Made by a program: the position numbers and the translations under genes. Positions 16,336-26,657 of a stretch of 64,000 bases of DNA are shown here, piece by piece (position 1 is the stretch's first letter; the number at the start of each line of letters is the position of its first letter). This DNA is from an uncultured bacterium (GTDB lineage: Bacteria; Verrucomicrobiota; Kiritimatiellia; RFP12; UBA1067). Location: NCBI GenBank assembly GCA_902799955.1, contig CADCCQ010000002.1, positions 4,017 through 68,016 of the forward strand. Direction: 5' to 3'. The notes below the pieces were generated by a model. The model saw only the letters and a list, made by a program, of their open reading frames with translations, had not been told where the DNA came from and searched no databases.

Positions 16336-18416
16336 ATCTTCGTCAGCTCCACTGCGGGGTCGAGGTACACGAACCCGCCGGATGCATACCATGAGAAATA
16401 CACCCTCACGTCCACCGGCGAGACCTCAGCGATGTCCACCGGCATTTCAAGGACGAGCTGCGTGAGGTCGCTGTCGTTGACCCAGCTCGACGCAGAGTCG
16501 TCAGCCCAGCGACCGTGCAGCGTCGAGTAGTACACCTTGCCCTTGACCGTCGCCGAAACGACGAACTGCCTGTACAGCTCGGCGGGCGAACCGTAGCCCT
16601 TGAACGCGATGTGCGCCCGCAGGATATGCCGCCCGGTCGTTGTCGGCGTCAGCTGCATTCCGTTGAACGGACGCCGTCCCAGCACCATCATCTCCGCGCC
16701 CGAGCAGGTGTTGTTCGAGAGCTTCAATGCCGCCGTGCCGCCGCCAGTCCTTCGGACGCTCCACGTGTCACAGAGTCCGTTCGCGCATCGGAACGCGAAG
16801 TGTCCGTCCGCGCCCTCGCTGTTGCAACCGAAGCCCTGGTAGATGTGCTGCGCCTTGCTGCTCGTTGTCGTCATCGGCGAGAGGCTGGCGTTCGACTCGT
16901 CCACGAATACGCTCCCATTCTCCGAGTAGGTAGAGAACACGAGCGGGTCTTCGTTGTAAGGGTACTCAGTGTTGGCGAGGTTCGCCTCCATGAGCCGCAC
17001 CCTCGCGTGGCTTCCGTTCTGAACATAGAGTGCCTTTCCGGGAAACCATGTCTTGATCGACCTGATGTCCGCCTCCGTGTAGGAGAGTAGGACCGTCCCC
17101 TCGAACTCTGCGTCCGTTAGGCGGATGTTCTCCGCGTAGAGCGCTTTGCCCCTCGGACACTTCACGGTCAGGTCTGTCACCTCCATGACCTTCGCGTACA
17201 TTGTGCAGTCGCTCTGCGAGAACGACAGAACAACCGCCGCGTAGCTCTCGCGCGTCGAGGTGGCGTTCGCGTATGTGCAGACCTCCCCGATGCCCGCTGT
17301 GGACGCAAGGACGATGTTAACGCCCTCGATCCTCTTCACGACGCCGGGGACGTAGTTCCCGGAGTAGCAGCGGTCGAACTGCAGTACCGGCGACTTCGCG
17401 TACCACACGTTCGGAAGGTTCACGCTGACAGCCTTCACCGCAAGTTCGTACACATACGAGAAGTACATCATCGCGTAGTCGATGGAAAGCGAGGTCGGGT
17501 TCGTCGAGTTGAGGGCCGTCCCCATAGCCACCGACACGTTCTCGACCGTGCAGGAGATGTAGCCCTGCATGTACATGAGCGTCGGGATGTGCGTTCCCGT
17601 CGATCCGTTCATGCGAACTGTCTGCTCGACATTGCGGATCGTGCATTCCACTCCTTTCTGGCATGTCCCCGAAAGGAAGAGCGGGTAGGCGCTCGACGTG
17701 TAGTCTGTCCAGACCGGCGAGTAAACCTTCACACCGTCCACGTTCAGTATATCCGCGAAGTAGCAGTAGAACCCGCATGGGTTTGTGGTGTTACCCGTGA
17801 GCGCGTGGTTTATGACGCAGTCCCGGACATTGAGCATCCTCGCGTAGTAGATGTACACATAGCTCTTGAGGCGGCTCGTCGTGACAGCAGTCGTGTAGGC
17901 GGTCTTGTCGACGTTGATTCCCCTTGATCCAAACTTGCAGTGCTCGAAGGCGTAGCACCCGATGGACTGGGTGTTGTTCTGGAACTTGAGGATGTACTGG
18001 TCGGCATTGATCCCATCACGGAAGAGATAGACCCTGTGGAGGAGAAAAACGTTCAGGTTCGGCGCGGCGAACGAGCCGCTCGCCGCCGTCGACTGGATGT
18101 TCGCGTACTCCGCCGAGTCGCCGCCCCACGCAGACTTTGCCGCCGCCGGGACGAGTTCGTACAGCTCGTCGCTGGCGTTCGGCATTCCCAGAAGGAGCAG
18201 GTTCTTGATCGAGCTGTTCGTTCCGTTCGGGATGACCGCCGCCTTCGCCTCCGCCGTGCGGCGGATAAGGTAGCACGTATTGTCCGCGAACGCCGCCGCC
18301 GTCGAGGGAAGCGCGTTCAGCGCATTCGCGGGGGTCGAGCCGTCCCCGGACGAGGACTTCGAGGAGTCCACGTAGACCACGTTGAAGTCGATGTTCGAGT
18401 ATCGCATTGTCGCCAT
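16332..18416 (-). CDS. putative tailspike / beta-helix receptor-binding protein (694 aa)
   Basis: Large size and tail-module position. N/G/T/S-rich repetitive strands that look like a right-handed beta-helix. No catalytic motif verified. Confidence 0.4.
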   Translation of the reverse strand: MATMRYSNIDFNVVYVDSSKSSSGDGSTPANALNALPSTAAAFADNTCYLIRRTAEAKAAVIPNGTNSSIKNLLLLGMPNASDELYELVPAAAKSAWGGDSAEYANIQSTAASGSFAAPNLNVFLLHRVYLFRDGINADQYILKFQNNTQSIGCYAFEHCKFGSRGINVDKTAYTTAVTTSRLKSYVYIYYARMLNVRDCVINHALTGNTTNPCGFYCYFADILNVDGVKVYSPVWTDYTSSAYPLFLSGTCQKGVECTIRNVEQTVRMNGSTGTHIPTLMYMQGYISCTVENVSVAMGTALNSTNPTSLSIDYAMMYFSYVYELAVKAVSVNLPNVWYAKSPVLQFDRCYSGNYVPGVVKRIEGVNIVLASTAGIGEVCTYANATSTRESYAAVVLSFSQSDCTMYAKVMEVTDLTVKCPRGKALYAENIRLTDAEFEGTVLLSYTEADIRSIKTWFPGKALYVQNGSHARVRLMEANLANTEYPYNEDPLVFSTYSENGSVFVDESNASLSPMTTTSSKAQHIYQGFGCNSEGADGHFAFRCANGLCDTWSVRRTGGGTAALKLSNNTCSGAEMMVLGRRPFNGMQLTPTTTGRHILRAHIAFKGYGSPAELYRQFVVSATVKGKVYYSTLHGRWADDSASSWVNDSDLTQLVLEMPVDIAEVSPVDVRVYFSWYASGGFVYLDPAVELTKI

Positions 18417-18437
18417 GATGTGTTTCCTTTGCTTTCG

Positions 18438-19838
18438 CTATCCCATGAATGAAGAGTAGGACGGGAACTCCGCGAGGAGTCCGATTGTCTGCGGTTCGCA
18501 CACTTCGAGGCCGGGCATCCCTGACGGCGAACCGCCGCCGTTTGTCCACGACGAGAGGCGAGTCCTCCCGTTGATTGTGGCGTAGCGGTTCATCTCGTCT
18601 ACCGAGACCCCGGCCTCCTTAAAACGGACGATTACCTCGCCCTCGATGCCCCGGCGGATGGTCGCGTTCTCGAACACGATCCTCGTCACCTGCGCGACGG
18701 ACGTGTCCGCGTCCGCCACGAGGACGTCGCCGTACACCGTCTCGTCGTCGCCGAGGTACTTCTGCCAGGATGCGCCCGCGAAGTCGGACAAGGTCGGAGT
18801 GTCGATTGGCGAGTCGCTCTGGATCTCGGCGCGGTACTTGCGGCTGGCGGCTGGCGTCAGCGAGAAGCCCCGCCCGTCCGTGTTCTCTGCGTATGCGACG
18901 TAGAGGTACGCCTCGTGTCCCGTTGCACCAGTCGGGCCGCGCGGAATCTTGAAGTTGAACACCGCGTCCGTCGCCGTCCCCGAGTTTGTCACCTCAGGCG
19001 GATCGTCGGTCGCCACCATCTCGACGTTCCCGATGCGCACCGTAGCCGCGTTGCCCCTCGCCCCCTGCGGGATCTTGAAGTCGAGAACAGCGTCGTGTTC
19101 GTCGCCGGAGTTCGTCACCTCCGCCTGCGTCCCCGCCGCCCCGGTCATGACCGTCCCGACCTCTATTGTCCCCGCGACTCCGCGTGGCCCCGCCAGTAGC
19201 GGAAGCGGATCGCTCCATACATTCCCAACGAGGGCGTTTCTGAACCGATACCACCTTGCCGTCTCGGGAACGCTCTCGTCGATCTCGGCATCGTACCACG
19301 TCTCGCCGTCGTCGGAAAGCTGAACCGCCATCTTCGCCGCGAAGAGGGCGCGTATCTGCGCGGCGGTGTACGAGCCGTCCGAGACGGGCGCAGGGCGTCC
19401 CGTCCCCGCGTCGGCGCGGCGGTTTCGGATCGATATGTCGAACTGCAAAAGGAAGCCGGGGGTCGTCTCTCCCGTCTCGAATCCCGCAAGCTCGCACCCG
19501 AAGGTCGCCGACTCGTTCGTTCCGAGAGCGGCGATAAGTTCCTGCGTGTTCGTCTCGGTGAGCGGGACGCGGACGGCATTGCCCTCGACCGTTATCCCCT
19601 CAATCACGCGGAGCTGCGGCGTCGTGGTCGTGTCCCAGTCGTTCGCCACCGCGAAGTCCCACGAGGCGTATGCGCCGAGACCGTCGAGCGGCTCGCCGTT
19701 CGTGTCTACAAGCTTCAGGACAAGCTCAGCCCTCATGCCCCGCGTCATCGCGGGGAGCGACGAAACCTGCTGGTTCCACTCGTCCACGAGCGTACCCTTG
19801 ACGGACGCCGCCCGCAAGTACATCGTTATCGTCTGCAT
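18438..19838 (-). CDS. tail fibre protein (466 aa)
   Basis: Duplicated GPRGVAGTIEVG...EVTNSGDEHDAVLDFKIPQGARG / ...EVTNSGTATDAVFNFKIPRGPTGATG fibre repeats. Confidence 0.55.
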   Translation of the reverse strand: MQTITMYLRAASVKGTLVDEWNQQVSSLPAMTRGMRAELVLKLVDTNGEPLDGLGAYASWDFAVANDWDTTTTPQLRVIEGITVEGNAVRVPLTETNTQELIAALGTNESATFGCELAGFETGETTPGFLLQFDISIRNRRADAGTGRPAPVSDGSYTAAQIRALFAAKMAVQLSDDGETWYDAEIDESVPETARWYRFRNALVGNVWSDPLPLLAGPRGVAGTIEVGTVMTGAAGTQAEVTNSGDEHDAVLDFKIPQGARGNAATVRIGNVEMVATDDPPEVTNSGTATDAVFNFKIPRGPTGATGHEAYLYVAYAENTDGRGFSLTPAASRKYRAEIQSDSPIDTPTLSDFAGASWQKYLGDDETVYGDVLVADADTSVAQVTRIVFENATIRRGIEGEVIVRFKEAGVSVDEMNRYATINGRTRLSSWTNGGGSPSGMPGLEVCEPQTIGLLAEFPSYSSFMG

Positions 19839-20899
19839 CAGTCGTCCTCCTTGAATCTGAATCCGTTTTGACAGTTGTAGTCGAGGAAGCCCCACACCTT
19901 CGCCTCGTAGCCGCGCTTGGCGCTTCGGCGGTGGATGGCGCGTCCTTGGTCATCGAAATCGCTCGTAGGCACAACCTCGTTCTTCGGTATGGAGTCGATG
20001 TCTCCGATGGTGAAGTCCATGTCGAGCGGGTCGTCCACGTGGGTTCTGCTTTCGCTCATCCCCTCGTTGAGGCCTCCGTCGCCGCCGTCGAACACCGACG
20101 TGGCCAGTTCCTGCGAGTATGGAACCGGGCCAACGGGAGCGCTGACGAGGGAATACACGCGGAAGTCAAGCTCCCGCCCCGCGAGCCAGCTGCGGACTTT
20201 AGTGATCCTGTGCGACCGCGACTGCGCGTAGCCGCAGTAGCCGTCGACATTGCCTTCCCAGTCGTCCTGACCCTCCTCTACAGGCTGCGGACACTTCCAG
20301 TGGGTGTTCCCGCTCCATGCGTAGAAGTCCGTCGGCATGCGAGTGAGCGTTCCCTCGGTCGGCATGTCCTCCCCGAAGGCGAGGCTCATAGCCGTACCGA
20401 TGGATTCGTCGAACGGCGGGTCGTGCTTCGATCCGGAACGCGAGTACGTCTTGCCGCGCGCATCCGTGCATTTCACGACGTGCATCTTGTCTATCGCGCA
20501 GCGGATCGTCCGCAGCCACTCGCCGCCGCCCTCAAGTAGCTGGCCGAAGTGCGCGAAGCGGTATATCCCGCATCCTTCCTCCATTACGAGGTCTCGGTAA
20601 GTCCACATTCTCGGGAAGTCCGACCAGTCCTCCTCGTAATCTGTGAACTCGTCGTTGAAGAAGTGTGGAGCAAGATTCGATATCTCTCTCACTACGGCCT
20701 CCACCGACTTGAGCGACACGGTCTTCCACGGGGAGATGGCGACCACGTCCTGCGAAAGCTGCACGTGCGCAGCGGACGCCCGCTCCATGAGCGCCTGCCG
20801 AATCGCCATGACGTAGTCGGCCTTTCGCGGGTCGGGCGAGTTCCAGTCCATTCCCTTGGAATTCCAAGAGTCAGGCATCTCGTATTCGATCAGCGCCAT
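19838..20899 (-). CDS. tail/baseplate-region hypothetical protein (353 aa)
   Basis: ATG at 20899 with GGAGGTGG SD. The upstream part of the 517-aa track ORF is out-of-frame overlap with the preceding gene. Confidence 0.5.
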   Translation of the reverse strand: MALIEYEMPDSWNSKGMDWNSPDPRKADYVMAIRQALMERASAAHVQLSQDVVAISPWKTVSLKSVEAVVREISNLAPHFFNDEFTDYEEDWSDFPRMWTYRDLVMEEGCGIYRFAHFGQLLEGGGEWLRTIRCAIDKMHVVKCTDARGKTYSRSGSKHDPPFDESIGTAMSLAFGEDMPTEGTLTRMPTDFYAWSGNTHWKCPQPVEEGQDDWEGNVDGYCGYAQSRSHRITKVRSWLAGRELDFRVYSLVSAPVGPVPYSQELATSVFDGGDGGLNEGMSESRTHVDDPLDMDFTIGDIDSIPKNEVVPTSDFDDQGRAIHRRSAKRGYEAKVWGFLDYNCQNGFRFKEDD

Positions 20900-21732
20900 A
20901 CCGCCACCTCCCCGAGGTAAGCCTTGGCGTGTTCGTCGCCCTTGATGTGGTCGTAGAGCGACACGGAAATGTCGCGCCCCTGAGCCTCCGATCCTTCCTT
21001 CTTCGTGAACCTGAACGTCACGGAACCTTCCCGCGAAGGCTCCGACCCCTCGTGCCACCCCGCGTCGGAGCCGGGTTCGCCGATGACCCACTTGCCGTCC
21101 GCATGACGTATTCGCCCATAGGTGAAGTAGCCGTTCGTCTTTGCGAACGAGCGGACGAAGTATTCTCCGCCGCCCTGGAAGCGCGGAAGTCCAAGCCACC
21201 TCTTCCCCTCCATGCCGTCGACTGCCTCGTACTCGCCGAACTCGCCGCGCTTGGCCTTCCAGCGCGGCCACACGGTGGACATCTCCTTCGGCTCGCCGCT
21301 GTCGTGGATCGAGCCGCGCGGCGTCAGCGTAGCTGCCCCGCCCCCAGGCTGCGGAAAGGAGTAGAACGTGTAGAATCTGTCGCCCGTCCACGTGGTCTCG
21401 CCGTCCTTGTAGTCATAGTCCTCGACGGGTTCGTAGCCAGGGAACATCCCGCTCATGTACACCCAGCCGTAGGTCTGCGTGTAGTACACATAGCCGCCGC
21501 CCGACCAGTGGATGTACCCGTTTATGGACGAGAACACTGGCTTCATCGTGATGCCGCCTATGGAGAGCGAGAAGCACAGCTCCTTCGACATGATCCTCCC
21601 GCCCCACGAATAGCCAGCATCAAATGCAAACACTCCGCTGTCCGCGTCCGCCCCGCACCAGATGCCGTCCGGCAGCGTGAAGTTCGGTATCTTAGGGACG
21701 CGGAACTGCCCAGGCATATAGTGGAAGCTCAT
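20890..21732 (-). CDS. tail-region hypothetical protein (280 aa)
   Basis: ATG at 21732 in ATGA overlap with the upstream stop. Confidence 0.5.
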   Translation of the reverse strand: MSFHYMPGQFRVPKIPNFTLPDGIWCGADADSGVFAFDAGYSWGGRIMSKELCFSLSIGGITMKPVFSSINGYIHWSGGGYVYYTQTYGWVYMSGMFPGYEPVEDYDYKDGETTWTGDRFYTFYSFPQPGGGAATLTPRGSIHDSGEPKEMSTVWPRWKAKRGEFGEYEAVDGMEGKRWLGLPRFQGGGEYFVRSFAKTNGYFTYGRIRHADGKWVIGEPGSDAGWHEGSEPSREGSVTFRFTKKEGSEAQGRDISVSLYDHIKGDEHAKAYLGEVAVWR

Positions 21733-22487
21733 GTCTCGCTCCCTCCCGTCGAAGCCATCGCGGTCTTGTGTCCAATGATCCACGTGCCTGAGGGTATGTC
21801 AGAATCGAGAGCCACATCCGGCAGAAACAACAGCGCGGAGTATTCCACGCCGCCTTCGTCGGAGCGTCCGTTAGGGTAGACCGTAACCGTGTAGCCCGCT
21901 GTAGCAGAGCCGCTGCCAACCTTGCACATGAGAGCCTTGTCCTCCGCCTGCCCCGCGCCGGCGCCGCCAAGCTGCAGGACGCACCACTGCTCGCCGCCCC
22001 CGCCCGCACGCCAGAGGATGCGGGCTGTCCCCGTCGCCGACGATTCGAGCGCACCAGCCGACGACCCGGCCTTCGGAACGGCGTAGTCGTCGTCGGACGA
22101 GTTGATTATCACCTTCGCGGGCGTCACGCCGAGTATCATGGCGCGGCCTATCTCGCCCGCCGCTATCGGCTCAAGAAGGATGGCGTAGGGCTTCCCCTCA
22201 CGGTCGGTGGTCATCTTGAGTCCCTCAAACACTGGCGGGCAGGACGCGAACTCTTCCTCGTTTGTCTCGGCGGTCACGCACACCCCTGTGATGACAAGCG
22301 CTGAGAAGCGTGGATAGAGAGTCGTCTCCCCGTTCTTAATGCGGACGATTCCAACGTCAAGCCCAGCAGAGATGCCGCTTGCCGAGCTGTTCTGCTTCGC
22401 CTCCTTGACCCAGTTGGCCGCGTCGACAAAGGCGTTCCATGTGGAGGCCTTGATGTTAACCGCCTCGCCGCTTCTCACTTTCTCCAT
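21729..22487 (-). CDS. tail-region hypothetical protein (252 aa)
   Basis: ATG at 22487 preceded by GGAAGGAGG at 6-nt spacing. The TTG at 22517 is less likely to be the start. Confidence 0.5.
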   Translation of the reverse strand: MEKVRSGEAVNIKASTWNAFVDAANWVKEAKQNSSASGISAGLDVGIVRIKNGETTLYPRFSALVITGVCVTAETNEEEFASCPPVFEGLKMTTDREGKPYAILLEPIAAGEIGRAMILGVTPAKVIINSSDDDYAVPKAGSSAGALESSATGTARILWRAGGGGEQWCVLQLGGAGAGQAEDKALMCKVGSGSATAGYTVTVYPNGRSDEGGVEYSALLFLPDVALDSDIPSGTWIIGHKTAMASTGGSET

Positions 22488-22547
22488 AAAACGCCTCCTT
22501 CCGTGTGCTTTCTCCAAACCGTACCGTCAGAATTTGACGGCACTCCG

Positions 22548-23381
22548 TCAGTTCCCGAGTCCGAGCCGCCCGAAGTCGCCCTCCGGGTAGACCATCTCGA
22601 CATACGCCGCGACCGGCTTCTTCACGACGTTCTTCCCGTTCTCCGCCACCTTGTCCGCATAGCGGACCCAGAGGTAGTCCCAGCCGTACTTCCGCGCCAC
22701 CTTTATGTCCCCGACCTGCAGCCCCGCCTGGTTTGGCGAGACGGCGAAGCGGTAGGTTATCTCCCAGGGCGCGGAAGACTTCTTCGACCTCTTGGTTCCC
22801 GACGCGCCGAGGAAGAGAACCTCGCCTGCCGAGAACCCACGGAAGCCGGACTTGTTGACCGTCCCCGTGAGGTCGGCGAGCGTCTTCTTGTACGAGGTCG
22901 AGACGCGGCTTCCGTTCATGGTGTGCGTCTCGGTGAAGTTGAGGACGGGCATCGTGACGTCCACGCCGTTGACGTTCCCCTCGTTGTCCACCCCGATTGC
23001 GCCGCCGAAGTCCGGGGCGTCGTTCGGGTACTTGCCATCCGTCTTGAGCGACTGGTTGAGGTGCTTCGTTCCGCCGCCGGTGTCGAACGCGAACATTGTC
23101 GTGTCCTCGTCGTCGGTCGAATCGTCCTCTTCGCCGTCCTCGTCAACCTCGTAGATTGCCTTGACCTTCCAAGTGGTGTCGTTGATGCGCTCGACGGTCT
23201 CGACCGATTCGAGCGTCATGCCCGTCACGGACTTGTGGTTCGACTTGACGGCGGAGAGTGCCGCCGACTCGTCGTTCACGTTGAACACGAGGTAGGGAAT
23301 CTCCACCTCCGTGACGTTCCCCTTGGCGTCGATTGTCTCGTCGCGCTCGGAGTATGCCTCCTCGACCCTTACAGTAGCCAT
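22548..23381 (-). CDS. tail protein immediately downstream of the tape measure (possible distal tail protein), 277 aa
   Basis: ATG at 23381 with GGGAGGTGG SD. Assignment rests on its position after the tape measure. No motif verified. Confidence 0.45.
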   Translation of the reverse strand: MATVRVEEAYSERDETIDAKGNVTEVEIPYLVFNVNDESAALSAVKSNHKSVTGMTLESVETVERINDTTWKVKAIYEVDEDGEEDDSTDDEDTTMFAFDTGGGTKHLNQSLKTDGKYPNDAPDFGGAIGVDNEGNVNGVDVTMPVLNFTETHTMNGSRVSTSYKKTLADLTGTVNKSGFRGFSAGEVLFLGASGTKRSKKSSAPWEITYRFAVSPNQAGLQVGDIKVARKYGWDYLWVRYADKVAENGKNVVKKPVAAYVEMVYPEGDFGRLGLGN

Positions 23382-23392
23382 ATCCACCTCCC

Positions 23393-26300
23393 TTACTGGA
23401 ATGTCATAGTTGTGCCGCCGCCCGCCCCGTCCTTGAGGAGTTCTGCGGTCTTCTTCGTGTGCTTCACGATCTCCTGCGTGGCTGTGAGCATCCGCTGCTC
23501 CATCTGGTTGCCACGGAGCGACTGCGCGGCGTTCGCGTAGAACGTCCCCTGCGGCTTCGCAATAGAAGTCTGCTTCGCGGTCGCCTCCTGCGCCGAGCGG
23601 AGCTTCGCCTCGTACTTGTCCACCAGCCCCTCGGCGAGGGAGTAGGCGTCCTGCGCCTTGCGGATTCGCTTCTCCTCGTCGTCGGACACTTCTCCGTCGG
23701 CGGAAGCCTCGGCGAGCGCCTTTCGGAACTCGTCCTTCGCGGCTGCGGCGGACACCTTCGACTGGAGGATGAGGTCGTTCAGCATCTTCATCCCAGCAGC
23801 CGCATCGTCCTTCAGGGTAGCCTCGACCTTGCGGTCTGTCTCGCCCTCGCTGCGCCTGCGGCTTATGTCCTCCGCCGTCTGGTCGAACGACTCCTGGAGA
23901 TCCGCGATCTCCTTGTCGAACTTCCGCTTCGCCTTTGCCTCCGCCGACTTGATTCGGCGCTCCGCCGTGGCGTCCGCCTCGGCGAGACGGCCTTCGAGGT
24001 CTGCGATCTTCTCCAAGTCCTTGTCCTTCTTCGACTTCTCGTAGGACAGGACTGTTGAGATCAAGGCCTTGTACTCGTCGCGGAGTTCCCGTATGTCGGA
24101 GATTTCGTTCTCCAGTTCGCTCCGCGTCTCGCGGATTAGCCGCTTCTCGATTTCGGAGGCCTTCTTCGACGCGGAGTCGGCCTCGTCCATGCTGGCGTGC
24201 TTCTCGCTCCGCCCCGTCTCGACTTTCTCCTCCAGCTTCTCGTGTTCTGTCTTGCCGCCGGTCAGCGCGTCCTTGTCGCCGTCGCGGATGGCGTTGAGGC
24301 GTTCCTGCGCCTCGGCCATCTGCTTCATCATGGCGCGCATCTTCTCGCCGTTCGCCTCGATCTCCTTCGCGGCCTTGTCGCCACGGAAGGTTATCGTGTT
24401 CCACGTGTTCACCCAGACGCCGCAGAGCGACTTGTTCTCGTCGTGAAGCTCGTTGAGGTTCTTCCGCAGCTCAGACATCTCCGCCTCAATCTGGTGGATC
24501 GCCTGCGCCTTCATCGCCTCGTTGAACTTCTCCTGCGCGTCCGCCGCCATCGAGATGGAACGCGAAGCTCGGTCTATCGACACGCCGAGGTCGCCGTAGC
24601 GACCCTTGAGCTGCCCCGCGAGCTTCTCCGCCTCCGCCATCTCCGCGTTGGAGAGGTTCTCCTTCTCCGCGAGCTGCTGGAGCCGCTCCATGCGGAGCTG
24701 GTCCGTCGCACGGAGCTGGTCGCCCTTGTCGCGCATCTTCGACATCTCGTCGGAGAGGTTCGCCGTGTGCTTTGTGGCCGATGCCATGTAAGCGCAGAGG
24801 CCGCCCAAGGCCGCGACTACTCCGATCAGCACCCACGTTATCGGAATCGCGCAGAACGCGGTCGCCGCAGTGGAGGCCGCGAGGTAGCCAGCAGCAACCA
24901 CCTTCGTGGTCGCGGCGAGGGCTACGTTCGCAGTCGCCGCCACACCCGCCGTCAGCGCGGCTTTCGCGTGGGACAGGGTCAATGCCCGCCCGACCGCCGC
25001 GAACGCCACGTGCGCCGCCGTAGCCGCCTTTGCCGCGATTGTGCCGATGGTCTGGGCGGCTGCGTGGGCTTTTGCGCTCACCGTGGCGGCTATAGTGGCC
25101 GAATTGAGGCCTTTCAGGGCGGCTGTCACCGCCGTGAAGCGGCTGGCGATGGCGGATTTCGCCGCCGCAGCCGCCTCCGCGTTCGACATGAGGACGAGAC
25201 TCGCCGCTATCTGCTTCGCGCGGCTGTCTATCGGCAGATTCAGGGCGGCGAGAAGCCGCGAAGTCCCGACCATAGCTGGGATCGCCGCGTTCCTGTAGTC
25301 CGAAAAAGCCCTCGCCATGAGCGAGAACGCCCCCTGTACGAGGACGCCCTTGCCCGCAAGTGCCGCCTGGACTCCGGCGAACGCGGAGAACACGCCGGAC
25401 AAGACGCCGATCCCCGTGGAAAGCACACGGCTCACGGTGCCTATCGTCAGGAGCGCCGCGCCGAGCGCGGCAATCGAACCCGCCGTCACCGCGATGGAGG
25501 CGACAAGTCCCTTGTTCGCCTCGATCCACTTGGTGAACGAGTTTATAACTGCCGTTATCCGCTCCACCATCGGCTTGATGGTCGAGTTGAGAGCCTCGCC
25601 CGTGGCGTTCATCGCGCCCTCGACCGCCGACTGGAAGAGGCGGAACGAGCCGCCGATCCCGGCGTCCATCGCCCTGGCGGTGGCGTCAGCCTGGCCGGAG
25701 ACATCCTTGAGCTTCGCAAGGAACTCGTCCAGCTCGCCGATGTCCTTCGTAAGGGACATCCCGGACATCATGCCCCTGACGTCGAACACGTCCTTCATGA
25801 AGGCGAGCCGCTCGGCAGTCGGAAGCTTCTTCGTCGCCACCGCGATGTCGCGCATCACCTCCGCCATCTTGCGGAGGTTGCCGTTCGCGTCCGTGGCCTC
25901 CACCCCGACTTCGCGGAGCGTCTTCTGAACCTTCACGTCCGCGAACTGCACATACGCCTTGCGGAGCGCCGTTCCGGCGAGGGAACCCTTGACGCCCATG
26001 TTGGCCATGACGCCCAGGGCGGCGCACAACTCGTCGAGCGATTCGCCTGCCGCCGCAGCCTGCGGCCCAGCCATCTTGAGTCCCTCGAAGAGGTCGGTCA
26101 AGGTCTGGGCGGACCCGTTAGCGGTGGCGGTCAGGATGTCCGAAACCTGCGACATCTTCGATGCCTCTAGACCGAAGATGCGCATCGAGTTCGCCGCGAT
26201 GTCGGCGGACTCCGCAAGTTCCGTGCCGGTTGCACGGCTCAAATTCAAAACGGAGGAGATCGAGGCTTCAATCTCCGTCCTGTCGAATCCCATTCGACCA

Positions 26301-26644
26301 AGCGCGATCATCGCGTCAGCGACCTGCTGCGCGGTGAAGGACGTCTCCCGCCCCAGCCTCTGCGCCGTTTTCGTCAGCGACTCGAACGCCTCGCCCGTCG
26401 AGTTCGTGACGGCCTGCACGAGCCTCATCCTGTCGTCGAAGCCGGCGAACGACCGCTCCGCGAGGGCGAAAGGAAGCGACATCGCGCCCCCAAGCGCCAG
26501 CATTTCGCGCCCAATCGCCGTGCAGGACTTGGAGAAGGAGCGGAGCTGTGCCTGCGCCTCGCCGAGCGACTTGCGCAGATTCGAGGAATCGGCGGTCACC
26601 TCGACGTATGCGCGTCCCGCCTTTATGTTCGCAGTCGCCGACAT
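23393..26644 (-). CDS. tail tape measure protein (1083 aa)
   Basis: Core GLKMAGPQAAAAGESLDELCAALGVMANMGVKGSLAGTALRKAY, followed by transmembrane-like Ala-rich and long coiled-coil segments. Size and position fit. Confidence 0.85.
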   Translation of the reverse strand: MSATANIKAGRAYVEVTADSSNLRKSLGEAQAQLRSFSKSCTAIGREMLALGGAMSLPFALAERSFAGFDDRMRLVQAVTNSTGEAFESLTKTAQRLGRETSFTAQQVADAMIALGRMGFDRTEIEASISSVLNLSRATGTELAESADIAANSMRIFGLEASKMSQVSDILTATANGSAQTLTDLFEGLKMAGPQAAAAGESLDELCAALGVMANMGVKGSLAGTALRKAYVQFADVKVQKTLREVGVEATDANGNLRKMAEVMRDIAVATKKLPTAERLAFMKDVFDVRGMMSGMSLTKDIGELDEFLAKLKDVSGQADATARAMDAGIGGSFRLFQSAVEGAMNATGEALNSTIKPMVERITAVINSFTKWIEANKGLVASIAVTAGSIAALGAALLTIGTVSRVLSTGIGVLSGVFSAFAGVQAALAGKGVLVQGAFSLMARAFSDYRNAAIPAMVGTSRLLAALNLPIDSRAKQIAASLVLMSNAEAAAAAKSAIASRFTAVTAALKGLNSATIAATVSAKAHAAAQTIGTIAAKAATAAHVAFAAVGRALTLSHAKAALTAGVAATANVALAATTKVVAAGYLAASTAATAFCAIPITWVLIGVVAALGGLCAYMASATKHTANLSDEMSKMRDKGDQLRATDQLRMERLQQLAEKENLSNAEMAEAEKLAGQLKGRYGDLGVSIDRASRSISMAADAQEKFNEAMKAQAIHQIEAEMSELRKNLNELHDENKSLCGVWVNTWNTITFRGDKAAKEIEANGEKMRAMMKQMAEAQERLNAIRDGDKDALTGGKTEHEKLEEKVETGRSEKHASMDEADSASKKASEIEKRLIRETRSELENEISDIRELRDEYKALISTVLSYEKSKKDKDLEKIADLEGRLAEADATAERRIKSAEAKAKRKFDKEIADLQESFDQTAEDISRRRSEGETDRKVEATLKDDAAAGMKMLNDLILQSKVSAAAAKDEFRKALAEASADGEVSDDEEKRIRKAQDAYSLAEGLVDKYEAKLRSAQEATAKQTSIAKPQGTFYANAAQSLRGNQMEQRMLTATQEIVKHTKKTAELLKDGAGGGTTMTFQ

Positions 26645-26657
26645 GGGCCTCCTCCTT

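Noticed and set aside
14443-16530. 695-aa plus-strand ORF
   Set aside because: It is antisense to the tail-fibre and lipoprotein genes, which carry recognisable repeats. It has a Ser/Pro/Ala/Arg-rich low-complexity composition and no SD. This is the typical shadow ORF of high-GC DNA.
22503-23540. 345-aa plus-strand ORF, and similar 150-480-aa plus-strand ORFs across 19868-21879 and 43774-45222
   Set aside because: All are antisense to well-supported phage genes. They have Arg/Val/Leu/Gly-rich composition and lack ribosome-binding sites.
24197-26170. 657-aa plus-strand ORF
   Set aside because: It is antisense to the tape measure gene, has an Arg/Leu/His/Gly-rich composition, and shows no motif.
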